Of a DNA stretch of 64,000 nucleotides, positions 1 to 10,385 are shown piece after piece. The notes beneath the pieces were generated by a model that was not told the DNA's origin, searched no databases, and saw only the letters and a list, made by a program, of their open reading frames with translations. The DNA is taken from NCBI GenBank assembly GCA_965208025.1, contig OZ242302.1, positions 2,797,980 to 2,861,979 of the forward strand, given 5' to 3'. Every line of letters starts with the position of its first letter. The stretch's first letter is position 1. Position numbers and translations under genes: made by a program. Source of the stretch: Rhodothermales bacterium (GTDB taxonomy: Bacteria > Bacteroidota > Rhodothermia > Rhodothermales > Bin80).

Positions 1-1134
1 GCGGGAGCGGCTTCTATCGGATGTTTTGCTTCGGTCCCTCTGTGGTTGGTCCCGCTCGTGTGATGTGCCGAGTGCGCCCACGTTTTCTCGTGCGTTTCAG
101 GAGTTTGCGTTGGCGAAGTTACCGACTCGGATCCATGAAGCCTTGATCAAACAGGGGTACGCGGGGGAGTTCGTGGGGCATATTTCACGGGATTCAACGG
201 CGATTGAAGCACGGGAGCGTCCGGTTCCGAAGGCTGACATGTCCACCCCCGTGAAGCCACGCAAGCGGGGGCGTCCGAAGAAGGGGGAGGCCCGTCCCAA
301 GGTGCCTCGTCGCTTGGAGCAGCAGTTGAAGATGGAGTTAGGCGAGATGTTGGACGCATTACCGAAGGATTGTACGGTGGGCTGCAAGCGGAACGCGAAG
401 GGGCATACGCAACGATGGACGGGCTATAAGCTACACATGGATACGGCGGACGGAGGGGTTCCGATCAGCTGTTTGGTGACCTCTGCCTCGTTGCATGATA
501 GTCAGGCCGCGCTTCCCTTGGCGCACTTGACGCAGCAGCGGGTGGACAACTGTTACGATCTCATGGACAGCGCCTATGACGCGAAGGAGATTGTCGCACA
601 TCGGAGCGCCTCGGGGCGTGTACCGATCATTGATCCGAATCCGCGCAACAAAAAAGCGGCGGATCGTCGCGAGCAAAAGGCACAACGTACGGCCGGATTC
701 ATTCCTGCGGAGCGGGTTCGCTACCGGGAGCGTTCCACCGTGGAGCGGGCCTTTGGGCGGCTCAAAGATGAGTTCGGTGGACGCAATATCCGAGTCCGTG
801 GGCACGAGAAAGTCCTCTGTCATTTGATGTTCAGCGTGGTGGTGCTCACGGTGGACCAAATGCTGCGGATGGTGCAGTAAACCGGCCATCCAACCCCTGC
901 ATAACAGAATTTGGGCGCTCTGAACCACAGATGCCGTGGGAGGGGGGTGTGAAATCTACACGGATCGTGGACGAAATTCACCAAACAGAGACCTCCGTGC
1001 AGGCAAAACACTGGTTGAATCCACAAAACACCGAACCCCCGCCGATGATTCGCGTAGTCCGACCAGATTGAACCAGTTTAAGCCGCAATTCAGCCGGGAC
1101 AACAGGAGAAAATAAAGAGTTTTGAAAGAGGCTC
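1..1134 (+). mobile_element. IS element copy A (left end outside the window); right terminus ...GAGTTTTGAAAGAGGCTC
   Basis: It contains the transposase. The right boundary is where similarity stops to the inverted partial copy at 29374-29836 and to the solo end at 26827-26844. Confidence 0.7.
2..880 (+). CDS. DDE transposase of an IS4/IS5-superfamily element (DDE_Tnp_1-like), 5' end cut by the window edge
   Basis: The frame is open from position 2; the track start at 26 is an internal TTG. Motifs HISRDSTAIEA, YKLHMDTADGGVPISCLVTSASLHDSQ, LMDSAYDA and RSTVERAFGRLKDEFG fit the D..D..E core and C-terminal signature of IS4/IS5-type transposases as I remember them. Confidence 0.85.
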   Translation, partial: RERLLSDVLLRSLCGWSRSCDVPSAPTFSRAFQEFALAKLPTRIHEALIKQGYAGEFVGHISRDSTAIEARERPVPKADMSTPVKPRKRGRPKKGEARPKVPRRLEQQLKMELGEMLDALPKDCTVGCKRNAKGHTQRWTGYKLHMDTADGGVPISCLVTSASLHDSQAALPLAHLTQQRVDNCYDLMDSAYDAKEIVAHRSASGRVPIIDPNPRNKKAADRREQKAQRTAGFIPAERVRYRERSTVERAFGRLKDEFGGRNIRVRGHEKVLCHLMFSVVVLTVDQMLRMVQ

Positions 1135-1612
1135 TAATAATTTATATTTTCGCCGACAGGAACTAGTTCCTAGCGTTTATGAGATACAAATAGGATCATC
1201 ATCCAAAAGGTATGAGAAATTATTGCCTCGGTTCAACTATGATGTAAACAGAGGGTATTTTGCCTCGTTTCTGGTTGTTCGTCCGGTGCTGCAGGATGGA
1301 GAACTCATGCTCAGCCATTGCAACCTAATAACATATAATCTCCCCTTATAGCAAAGGGAATGGAAGGATAGCCGTATGATGAGTCGAGGCAAAGTGACGT
1401 TTGTCCATGTTTGAGAGCAATGGATCCTGAAACCCAACGAGTCTTGGCGATCCACCCAGAGGATCTATCCTTAGACTTGGCGAAGCCTGATAATCTCGAA
1501 TCCAGAATCTACCTTACCTACTGTGAGAAGAATTAATCATATATTCCCTTGATTAATAGCTTATCCAGTGAAGCTATCCCTATCTTAAAGACCTTAGATA
1601 TCTATTTGAATC

Positions 1613-4600
1613 ATGCCAAGATGTTCTCTTTCACGTCTGGGATTTGCAGCGAGTTTCATTCTGACGTCCTTTGTACTGAATGTGGCGGCGCAAACGGTGA
1701 ATATTTGCGGTCGATCTCAGGACGTAAGAGATAGAATTCTTCGAAATATTCCGAATCAAAGCAACTGTGCAACCGTCACGTCTGACCAATTATCAGCCAT
1801 CACGGAGTTGAACTTTAGGATTGGGGATCTCAGAGCTCTACAAGAGGGCGACTTTGCCGGGCTCACCAACTTGCATAAATTGGATTTGGGCAATATGGAT
1901 CTACCCTCCGAGTCTATACCTGCGAATCTTTTTGCCGGTCTTTCCAACCTGAAAATATTGGTGATGGACAATGGTGCTCTTCGCACCCTGCCTGAGACTA
2001 TCTTTGCCCCTCTCACCAGTCTGGAAAACTTGGCACTAAACCAGAATCCAAACTTAGCTTTACCCTCAAATCTGTTTAACGGCCTCTCCAGCCTGAAAAG
2101 ACTGGACTTATGGAATGCGAATGTTAGAAGCTCAGTTTCTCCAGATCTCTTTTCCAGTCTATCCAGCCTGGAAACGCTGCTCCTGGGCTCGAATGGGGTC
2201 GGCAGCTTACCTGCGAATCTTTTTGCCAGTCTCAATAGTCTAAAAAACATGAACTTGGCCTTTAATTCTTTCAGCAGATTACCTGACGATTTTTTAGCGG
2301 ATCTTCCTAAGCTGGAATTTCTGGATCTTCAGTTTAATGAGCTCACCCGATTGCCTGCGGATCTTTTTGATGGCATTACAGGAGTACTGGAGGTCAATCT
2401 TAATCAGAATCCCATTAATTGTCTGCCTCAAAAGATCCTTGATCTGATAGATCGGGGGAAGATCATAATTACGGCTGCTCGTGGTGATCCGATAAATGTA
2501 AGTGCTTGTGCGATTCCGTTAGTGACGCTGGTACTATCCGAAGATAGAATTTCGGAGGATGGTGGGAGCACAACGGTTACAGCGAGTGTGGATATTACCT
2601 CAGACGAGGAGACGGAGGTCACGGTGACGGTCACTCCCAATTCGCCTGCACGCGAGAGCGACTACATGTTGAGTGACAACGTCACGCTTACGATTGCGGC
2701 GGACGCACTGACTAGTACGGGGGAGGTGACCATTACCGCGGTCAACAATAATGATTATACGGGGAACAAGACCGTACGGGTTGGCGGGACGGCAATGAAT
2801 TCGTTGGGGATCATTAACCCAGATAACGTGAACTTGACGATTGTGGAAGACGAACCGATCCCCACCATCACACTGTCGGTCGTGCCAGACGAGGTACGTG
2901 AAGATGATGATCCAATGAGTGTCACCGTGACGGCGATGCTGAATGCTGCGCAGAAGACGGACACCGAGGTGAGGGTTTCGGTGGAATCCGGGACCGCGAC
3001 TGCGGGGGTAGACTTTGAGCGCGTCTCCCCGCTCTTTATGACCATTGTGGCAGGTGAGACGGTTTCGTTCTCTCAGGGGTTTCGCTTTGTACCAATTCAG
3101 GATACGGATGTGGACGAGGGAGATGAGACGGTTCAGCTTATCCCGGCGAGTCCGATTCAAATTAACACCCCGGCGACGCTTACGATCCTTGATGTGCCTC
3201 CTCCTTCGGTGGTCTCGCTGGAGTTGGATGAAGAGAGGATTTCGGAAAACGGCGGCCGCGCGCTGGTAACGGCAACGCTGAGTCCCGCCTCCACCGCCGT
3301 AACCACCGTCGAAGTCTCTGTAACACCTGTTTCGCCTGCGACCGAGGGCGATTACGTACCTCTCACCACCACCAAGCTCACGATTGCTGTAGGGGAGACC
3401 TCCAGCACTGGAGCGGTGACGATCACGGCGGTAGACAATGATGTGGATGCGCCGGACAAAATGTTGCGGGTAAGGGGGGAGGCAACGAGTGTGGAAAGCG
3501 TGGTCAGTCCTCCGCCAAGGGAGCTGACCATTGAGGATGATGATCAGGCAACCGAGGTCACGCTTACGATTTCTCCTGAGGAAGTACTCGAGGACGCAGG
3601 AAGTGTACCCATCACGGTCACGGCAGAGCTGGATGTTCTGCGCGGTGAGGACACGGAGGTGAATGTTTCGCTCGCAGACGGGACGGCAAATGTGGGCGAC
3701 GATTTTACTGCCGTCCCCACATTTACGATCACGATTCCCGGGGGAGAGTCCGAGGCTTCGGAGACGTTTAGGTTCATGCCGACCAATGACAATGTGGATG
3801 AGCCGGATGAGACGGTTCAGGTCACGGGAACGACGCCGGTGGATGGTCTCGCGGTGGCCCCCGCGGAAGTTACGATTCTGGATGCGACCGAGATGCCCAT
3901 CGTGACGCTGGCATTAGCCCAACCAATGATTGAAGAAAATGGCGGGAGTACGACCGTGACTGCACATCTGGATGCCGCGTCCAGCACGCCGACGGAGATT
4001 ACGGTCTCGGTGATGCCAAATGCCCCTGCCACTCCAGCGGATTATAACCTGAGTACCAATCGCACATTGACGATTCCCCCTGAGGCAATCGAGAGCACGG
4101 GGCTGGTCACGATCACGGCGCGGGATAACAATATTGATGCGATGGACAAGACGGTTCGGGTCCAAGGGCGCGCGATGAACGCGCAACCGGTGACGGATCC
4201 TGCGGATGAGACGCTTACGATCACGGATGATGATGATGTCTCCGAGATCACGCTTTCGGTTCTTCCTGAGGAAGTGAACGAAGAGGATGGGCCTACGACG
4301 GTCAGGGTCACGGCGTCCATTGAGAATCCGCGGGCCGAGGCTACGACGGTCACGATTACGGTACGCTCGGGCACGGCGACTTCGGGAGAGGATTTTGCCG
4401 CAGTGAACTCGTTTCCCTTGACGATTCCGATCAGTGCGACAAGCGAAATGGGGGCGTTTACATTGAACCCGACCCCGGACGAGATTCACGAGAGGGACGA
4501 GACGATCCTCATTACGGGGAGCAGCGCTCTGGGGACCGATTCCCAGACCCTCCTCTACCTCCGGGACAGGAATTCCCCACCCCAGGTGACGTTGAATCTG

Positions 4601-7600
4601 TCTCCGCCATCTATTTCAGAAAATGGCGGGAGTTCGACAGTCAGGGCAAGTCTGAGCGCTTCCTCCAGTGAACCGACCGAGATCATAATCTCAGCCGATC
4701 CTATCTTCCCCGCAACGGATGAGGATTATCTGCCGATTGTGGATCATATCCTGACGATTCCAGCACTTGCGACTGCGAGTGAGGGAGGGGTGACGATCAC
4801 GGCCGTAGACAATGCCATTGATGCGCCGGACAAGAGGGTTACCCTAAGGGGCAGCGCAATGAATGATTTGGACGTTACGGGCCCCTCGGAGCGGACGCTC
4901 ACGATCACAGATGACGACAATCTGTCAGGGATTCAACTTACGGTGACGCCTTCCTCCAATGTGAGTGAAGACGGTGGCACCACGCAGATCACGGTGACGG
5001 CAACCTGGGAGGTGGCGCGGAGCGAAGACACACAAGTGACGATTGCGCTGGAGTCCGGCACGGCGATCTTGGGGGTTGACTTTGCCCCGGTGGATCCCTT
5101 TCCCCTCACCATTCTTGCAAATGCGACGAACGGGACCGCGCGCTTTGAATTTACACCGCTCCCCGATGATCTGCATGAGCCCGAGGAGACGATCCATGTG
5201 ACGGGATCCAGTCCGCTGGTGCCGGTGGAGCCGGGCACGCTCACGCTCTTTGATTCTGATCTGACGCCGGAGGTGATCCTGGAACTGGTTCCGAGCGTCA
5301 TTGAGGAAGACGGCGGCGAATCAAGGATCTCCGCTCGTTTGACGGGCAAGTCCAGCGAGGCAACGGTCATCACGGTCTTGGCAAGCCATGATCTGCCCGT
5401 TACGGAGGAAGACTATGTGTTGAGTCCCGCCCGTACGCTGACCATTGCGGCGGGGGAGTTTACCAGTACGGGAGCGGTCATGATCACCGCCGCGGGCAAT
5501 GCCATTGATGCGCCGGACAAGAGGGTCACCGTAAGCGGAACGGCAACGAATCAGAATGGCGTCACGGGGCCTGCGGATCAGGCGCTCACGATCATGGATG
5601 ACGATGAAGCGACGGGCATCACGCTTGCGGTGAATCCTACCGAGGTTGATGAAGATGCAGAAAGCGTACCGATCACGGTGACCGCAACGCTGGAGGGTGC
5701 GCAGCGGAGCACGCCCACGGAGGTGACGATTATGGTAGAAGATGCAACCGCCACCGCAGGAGAGGACTATGAAGCCGTGGAGTCCTTTGAGCTTATGATT
5801 CCGGCCAATGCCTCCGAAGGGACAGGCACGTTTACGTTCGTGCCGACCGCGGATGAGACTCATGAGCCAGAGGAAACGGTGCACGTGACGGGGCGGAGCA
5901 GTTTGGGCGCCGCAGCGCCAGCCCTGCTCACGATCACGGATACAAATGACATACCGGAGGTGACGCTAGTGCTGGATCCTGAAAGTATTCAGGAGAATGC
6001 GGAATCTTCAAGCGTGAGGGCGCATCTGAATGTGGCATCAAGCGAAGTGACGGTGGTGACGATCTCTGCCGCGGCCATCCCCCCGGCGCGGGAGTCGGAT
6101 TATAGGCTGATTGAACCCACTACACTTGCGATTGAGGCGGGCGAGATGGAGAGTGCGGGGGCGGTCACGATCACGGCGGTGGATAATGTGGTCTTCTCGT
6201 CGGAGCCCAAGAAGGTGACGGTGAGCGGCCAAGCGTCCAATCCATTGGAGGTAAAGGATCCAGAAGACAAAGAGCTGACAATAACCGATAATGAAGATCC
6301 GCCGACGTTCACGCTTGAGGTGGACCCTCCTGTGGTGAACGAAGGCGAGGGACCCCAGTCCGTCAAGGTGAGCGTAATACTCAACGCTCCGCGAGCTACC
6401 GAAACCATTGTGACGATCACGGTAGCGGATGGCTCGGCTGTGGCGGGAGAGGACTATACAGCTGTGCCAGCATCCATTGACATGGGGATTGCCCCGGATC
6501 AGACCACTGGCGAAGGAATGTTTGCGTTGACGCTAAGGGACGATGCGCTCTACGAGCCCGATGAAACCATCATCCTCACGGGCACCAGTTCGGAACTCGG
6601 AACGGTCGAGACCTCCCTCACCATTGAGGATAACGATGATTTGATTCAGCTGGCGATTCAGGATACAACGGTAGCCGAAGAGGTCGGGATGGCCCGAGTC
6701 CGAATCACGGTGACTCCGGCGGCCCCGGCCGATCTGACGGTGCACTACCAAACGGCGGACGGGAGTGCCACCGAGGGAGCGGATTATACAGGCGTGGAGA
6801 AGGTCCTGACGATCGAAGAGGGGAGCGAGGAGGCATTCATTGAGATTCCGATCCTGGGCGATGACTTATCGGAGGAAGACGAAACATTCCGGATTCAGCT
6901 CTCGGATCCTACGGGTGCAGTACTGGGCCGAGATCAGGCAACGGTGACCATTGAGGATGATGATGTGTACCGTTTACGTGTGGAAGATGCTTCGGCGCAG
7001 GAGCGCGATCCGGAGATGATCTTCAAGGTCACACTGGACCCTCCGAACCCCGCGCAGAGAGTATCGGTCCGGTATGAGACGCTGGACGGGACCGCGATCG
7101 CGGATGTGGATTATATGTCCCAAAGTGGGGAGCTGGAATTTATGCCCAACCAGCCGAGCCGTGAGGTCAAAGTGCCTCTGGTGCCGGATGATGACCAGGA
7201 GGAAATGGACAAGTACTTTTTCCTGCAACTGTCCGATCCCACCCATGCGGTGGTAGACAACGAACAGGTCCGAGGCACGATTCTGGATGATGACGGGCTG
7301 CCGGTAGTCAACATCACGCCAGTGGTCTCCGTAGGGGAAGGGGACGGGATGGTCCGCGTTGAGGTCTCCCTAACGGATCCGATCCCCGACCAGACGGTCA
7401 GTGTTGACTTTCGAGTCACTGAAGAAAGTGCCAAGCCCGCGCAGGATTATGAGGTACAGACCCGAACGCCCCTCCGTTTTTCTTCGGGACAGAGGGTGCA
7501 GTTCATTGAGATCACGATCAATGACGACGAACTCTTTGAAGGCGATGAGACGTTTCGGATTGCGCTCACGAATGCAATGCATGGGAGGCGTGGAGAGTCC

Positions 7601-9820
7601 ACCAGTCGCGTCACCATTGAGGATAATGAACGGCCCGTCACCGTGCGCATGGAGGGGGTGACGGTTGACGAGTCGGCTATGGAGGCCGTCCTCCCGGTAA
7701 TCCTGAGCGGCAAGGATGGCCGCGTGCGGACATTCAACTACCAGACGGAGGATGGATCTGCGGTAGCTGGGGAGGACTACACCGCCGGCATGGCCACTGT
7801 CACGATCCCGGCGGGTGAATTGCGTCGAGAGATCCGGGTTCCGATCCTGGACGATGAAATCCCCGAACCGACCGAAACGTTTCGGGTGGTTCTACAGGGA
7901 GGAGAGGACATTCCGGAGGTGAGCGCACAGGTCACGATTCTGGACAATGAGGGGGCGCTCACGGTGGATCTTGATGATGCGCGTGCCTCAGAGGGAGATG
8001 GGGCGATCCTGCTCCCCATTCGCCTCAGCCGGCCAAGCCTGCAAGCGGTCATGGTAGAGTTTGCCTCGTCGGATGGGAGTGCAACCGAGGGATCCGATTA
8101 TGTCTCTTCCAAAGGGATTGTCATCTTTGAGGCGGGGAGTACGAACGGGAAGATCCGCATCCAGATCCTGGAGGATACGGAGGAAGAACCCGAGGAGACC
8201 TTTGCGGTGACGCTTTCCAATGCACGACATGCGGCACTTGGCAAAGGCACCGGGATCGGAACGATTGTGGACAATGACGGGGGCTCTAATGTCTCGGTCC
8301 AAAGCGTCACGGTCTCGCGAAGCGCCGCCATCTTTGAAATGAACCTGTCCAAGCCCTCCACCCTGCCTGTGCTGGTCAGCTATGCCACCGAAGACGGGAC
8401 AGCGCTGGCGGGAGAGGATTATGAACCCACCGCCGGGCAGGTGACCTTTGCACCAAGCGAGGTCTCCAAGACGATTGACGTGAAGCTACTCTCGGGTGAG
8501 CGCATCTGGGAGGCGAAGACGTTTGCACTGGTCGTGCTCTCGGCCGTGAATGCAGAGGTCGCGCAGGCGCGCACGGAAGCGGTGATGGAAGAGGAGAGCG
8601 AGGAGAGCATCCAGAATGCGTATGTGGCCCGCGTGCTTCGGACCTGGGCATCCCAACTTGTGGATGCATTGTCCCGGCGGATGGAGGGGATGGCGCAGTG
8701 CCAGATCCCGGACCTGACATGGCTGCGTGATGGGAGAGCGCGTTGGTCGCTCGGCGAAATCTTTCGCGGGTGTGGGGCCGAATTTACGCAGGGAGGATGG
8801 AGCGTCTGGGGGCAGGGTGCCTATTCGCGTATGCGTGGACAAGATGGTGCGCTCTCGTTGCGTTCGGATGTCACGACCATGCTCCTGGGCGCTGACTATG
8901 CATGGGATCAGGGATGGATGGCGGGACTCGTCGCCGCACAAAGTTGGGACCAAGGCACCTATGAGACGCCAGCGCGCGCTGGCACAGCATCCTCACGATT
9001 GACCGGCTTCTATCCCTATGTCAGTTATCAAACGGGAGCGGGCATGCGTGCGTGGATGCTCTTGGGATTGGGACGAGGGGAGTCTGAACTGGAAGCCCTG
9101 GAAACGGAACTGGATGCAGCGCTGGTTGCGCTCGGACTGACAGGAACCCTGACGGGCAGTACCACGGGGCGGTTGGGCTACGAAGTGGATGCCTTCTGGG
9201 CGACGGCGGACATGGAGACGGGAACGGATCTAGGCGTCCGGCGGGTCCGGGCAGGTGTGGAAGGGAGTCTGCGATTGGGAGCGGGCATGGAGCCCTATCT
9301 GGAAACTGCGCTTCGGCAGGATGGAGGCGATGCCGAGACAGGACTGGGCATAGAGCTCGGGGGAGGCATGCGCTGGTCAGCGAGTCAGTTGCGCGCGGAG
9401 GTTGGGGGTCGGACCCTGGTGCTGCATACCGATGAAGGACTGCGCGAATGGGGACTGATGGGATCCGTTGAGTATGGAACGCCGGGCGGGCTGGGCCCCT
9501 CTATGCGGGTACGTCCGCTCTGGGGGAATGTGTACGGGGGAGATCTATGGCGCGAAGCACCGCTGCATACCATGGGTGTGGGAAGCGCGGATCAACGCGT
9601 TGAGATGGAACTGGGGTATGGGGCGCCGATCCAGAAAAGCATTGGGCAATCCATTGTGGGAATGACAGTGGATCCGAGTGGACGCGCTTATCGGGTTGGA
9701 TACAACGTGCGCATGCGCCAAGGACTGCAAGTCTCGGTCGCGACGACCGCACGCACGATGGAGGCAAATGAGGCCCCACCCTCGTACGGACTCAGTGCAC
9801 GCATGGATCTGAAATGGTGA
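1613..9820 (+). CDS. Giant secreted adhesin-like protein (2735 aa): signal peptide, LRR block, Calx-beta-like array, C-terminal autotransporter-like beta-barrel
   Basis: The signal peptide is MPRCSLSRLGFAASFILTSFVLNVAAQ. About 9-10 LRRs (NLFxGLSxLxxLxLxxN) lie at roughly 1790-2480. Six alternating pairs of ~115-aa modules lie at roughly 2510-6640: type A (ENGGxxxVTAxL...SDYxL...LTIxAxxxxSTGxVTITAVDNxxDAPDK) and type B (GTAxxGxDF...DExDETV). About 10 canonical Calx-beta domains (DGSAxxGxDY...DDxxxExxETF) lie at roughly 6640-8590. A helical linker and a ~330-aa C-terminal region follow (WSVWGQGAYSRMRG..LLGADYAW.., ending MDLKW), which resembles an autotransporter beta-domain. Confidence 0.85.
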   Translation: MPRCSLSRLGFAASFILTSFVLNVAAQTVNICGRSQDVRDRILRNIPNQSNCATVTSDQLSAITELNFRIGDLRALQEGDFAGLTNLHKLDLGNMDLPSESIPANLFAGLSNLKILVMDNGALRTLPETIFAPLTSLENLALNQNPNLALPSNLFNGLSSLKRLDLWNANVRSSVSPDLFSSLSSLETLLLGSNGVGSLPANLFASLNSLKNMNLAFNSFSRLPDDFLADLPKLEFLDLQFNELTRLPADLFDGITGVLEVNLNQNPINCLPQKILDLIDRGKIIITAARGDPINVSACAIPLVTLVLSEDRISEDGGSTTVTASVDITSDEETEVTVTVTPNSPARESDYMLSDNVTLTIAADALTSTGEVTITAVNNNDYTGNKTVRVGGTAMNSLGIINPDNVNLTIVEDEPIPTITLSVVPDEVREDDDPMSVTVTAMLNAAQKTDTEVRVSVESGTATAGVDFERVSPLFMTIVAGETVSFSQGFRFVPIQDTDVDEGDETVQLIPASPIQINTPATLTILDVPPPSVVSLELDEERISENGGRALVTATLSPASTAVTTVEVSVTPVSPATEGDYVPLTTTKLTIAVGETSSTGAVTITAVDNDVDAPDKMLRVRGEATSVESVVSPPPRELTIEDDDQATEVTLTISPEEVLEDAGSVPITVTAELDVLRGEDTEVNVSLADGTANVGDDFTAVPTFTITIPGGESEASETFRFMPTNDNVDEPDETVQVTGTTPVDGLAVAPAEVTILDATEMPIVTLALAQPMIEENGGSTTVTAHLDAASSTPTEITVSVMPNAPATPADYNLSTNRTLTIPPEAIESTGLVTITARDNNIDAMDKTVRVQGRAMNAQPVTDPADETLTITDDDDVSEITLSVLPEEVNEEDGPTTVRVTASIENPRAEATTVTITVRSGTATSGEDFAAVNSFPLTIPISATSEMGAFTLNPTPDEIHERDETILITGSSALGTDSQTLLYLRDRNSPPQVTLNLSPPSISENGGSSTVRASLSASSSEPTEIIISADPIFPATDEDYLPIVDHILTIPALATASEGGVTITAVDNAIDAPDKRVTLRGSAMNDLDVTGPSERTLTITDDDNLSGIQLTVTPSSNVSEDGGTTQITVTATWEVARSEDTQVTIALESGTAILGVDFAPVDPFPLTILANATNGTARFEFTPLPDDLHEPEETIHVTGSSPLVPVEPGTLTLFDSDLTPEVILELVPSVIEEDGGESRISARLTGKSSEATVITVLASHDLPVTEEDYVLSPARTLTIAAGEFTSTGAVMITAAGNAIDAPDKRVTVSGTATNQNGVTGPADQALTIMDDDEATGITLAVNPTEVDEDAESVPITVTATLEGAQRSTPTEVTIMVEDATATAGEDYEAVESFELMIPANASEGTGTFTFVPTADETHEPEETVHVTGRSSLGAAAPALLTITDTNDIPEVTLVLDPESIQENAESSSVRAHLNVASSEVTVVTISAAAIPPARESDYRLIEPTTLAIEAGEMESAGAVTITAVDNVVFSSEPKKVTVSGQASNPLEVKDPEDKELTITDNEDPPTFTLEVDPPVVNEGEGPQSVKVSVILNAPRATETIVTITVADGSAVAGEDYTAVPASIDMGIAPDQTTGEGMFALTLRDDALYEPDETIILTGTSSELGTVETSLTIEDNDDLIQLAIQDTTVAEEVGMARVRITVTPAAPADLTVHYQTADGSATEGADYTGVEKVLTIEEGSEEAFIEIPILGDDLSEEDETFRIQLSDPTGAVLGRDQATVTIEDDDVYRLRVEDASAQERDPEMIFKVTLDPPNPAQRVSVRYETLDGTAIADVDYMSQSGELEFMPNQPSREVKVPLVPDDDQEEMDKYFFLQLSDPTHAVVDNEQVRGTILDDDGLPVVNITPVVSVGEGDGMVRVEVSLTDPIPDQTVSVDFRVTEESAKPAQDYEVQTRTPLRFSSGQRVQFIEITINDDELFEGDETFRIALTNAMHGRRGESTSRVTIEDNERPVTVRMEGVTVDESAMEAVLPVILSGKDGRVRTFNYQTEDGSAVAGEDYTAGMATVTIPAGELRREIRVPILDDEIPEPTETFRVVLQGGEDIPEVSAQVTILDNEGALTVDLDDARASEGDGAILLPIRLSRPSLQAVMVEFASSDGSATEGSDYVSSKGIVIFEAGSTNGKIRIQILEDTEEEPEETFAVTLSNARHAALGKGTGIGTIVDNDGGSNVSVQSVTVSRSAAIFEMNLSKPSTLPVLVSYATEDGTALAGEDYEPTAGQVTFAPSEVSKTIDVKLLSGERIWEAKTFALVVLSAVNAEVAQARTEAVMEEESEESIQNAYVARVLRTWASQLVDALSRRMEGMAQCQIPDLTWLRDGRARWSLGEIFRGCGAEFTQGGWSVWGQGAYSRMRGQDGALSLRSDVTTMLLGADYAWDQGWMAGLVAAQSWDQGTYETPARAGTASSRLTGFYPYVSYQTGAGMRAWMLLGLGRGESELEALETELDAALVALGLTGTLTGSTTGRLGYEVDAFWATADMETGTDLGVRRVRAGVEGSLRLGAGMEPYLETALRQDGGDAETGLGIELGGGMRWSASQLRAEVGGRTLVLHTDEGLREWGLMGSVEYGTPGGLGPSMRVRPLWGNVYGGDLWREAPLHTMGVGSADQRVEMELGYGAPIQKSIGQSIVGMTVDPSGRAYRVGYNVRMRQGLQVSVATTARTMEANEAPPSYGLSARMDLKW

Positions 9821-9836
9821 TCCGGGGAGGATCACC
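9816..9836 (+). terminator. Possible stem-loop terminator overlapping the stop codon of the 2735-aa gene
   Basis: GGTGATCC-GGGGA-GGATCACC forms a perfect 8-bp stem with a 5-nt loop. No U-tract follows, so this is only a candidate. Confidence 0.3.
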
Positions 9837-10385
9837 AGTCGCTGTTGGATCAAACATCTTCATTCCGATCCCCAGTCCTCGGGGTAGAACCAAAAATTTT
9901 CTTGTGCGGTTATTTGTGGTTGTAATAATTTGCGGAACCAGTACAATGCTTTGTTTGAATAGGGATGTTTCAAGGTTTAATCTTCATGTGAATCCCTATT
10001 CAACAATATGACCGGTTCCACTACCACAAGGAGGAAAAGCAAATTGTGGGGTGGGTATCAAAGCCAATGAAGCAGTGGGAATGATCTTGGGGCTAGTCCA
10101 AGATTCTGAATGAGCACTCCACGGTAGCGCAGTAATGGCGCAAGATCAGGAACAGTCCATCACGCCATGCCAAACTCTTATATAGACTCCAGCAATTCCC
10201 ACTAAGTCATTAATTTCTTAAAATTGGGGAATTTCTTTTTTGTTTTCGCAAACGTTTGGCTTATTTTTCGGTCAGACTGTTTTGCTTTAGCCTTGTTTTG
10301 TTGAGAACTTCTCCTGATTGGAGCGTCCATCTTCTTCCTGCCCAGAGATTTGTCTGTGTTTTTCCATAAAACTTGCTGATCAACC

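Noticed and set aside
1756-9853. Many 60-190-aa ORFs on the minus strand and in alternative frames inside the 2735-aa gene (for example 2600-3160, 3914-4489, 5321-5884).
   Set aside because: They lie entirely within a long, motif-rich, periodic coding frame. Their products are low-complexity (R/G/H/P-rich) mirror translations of the repeats. There are no independent signals for them.
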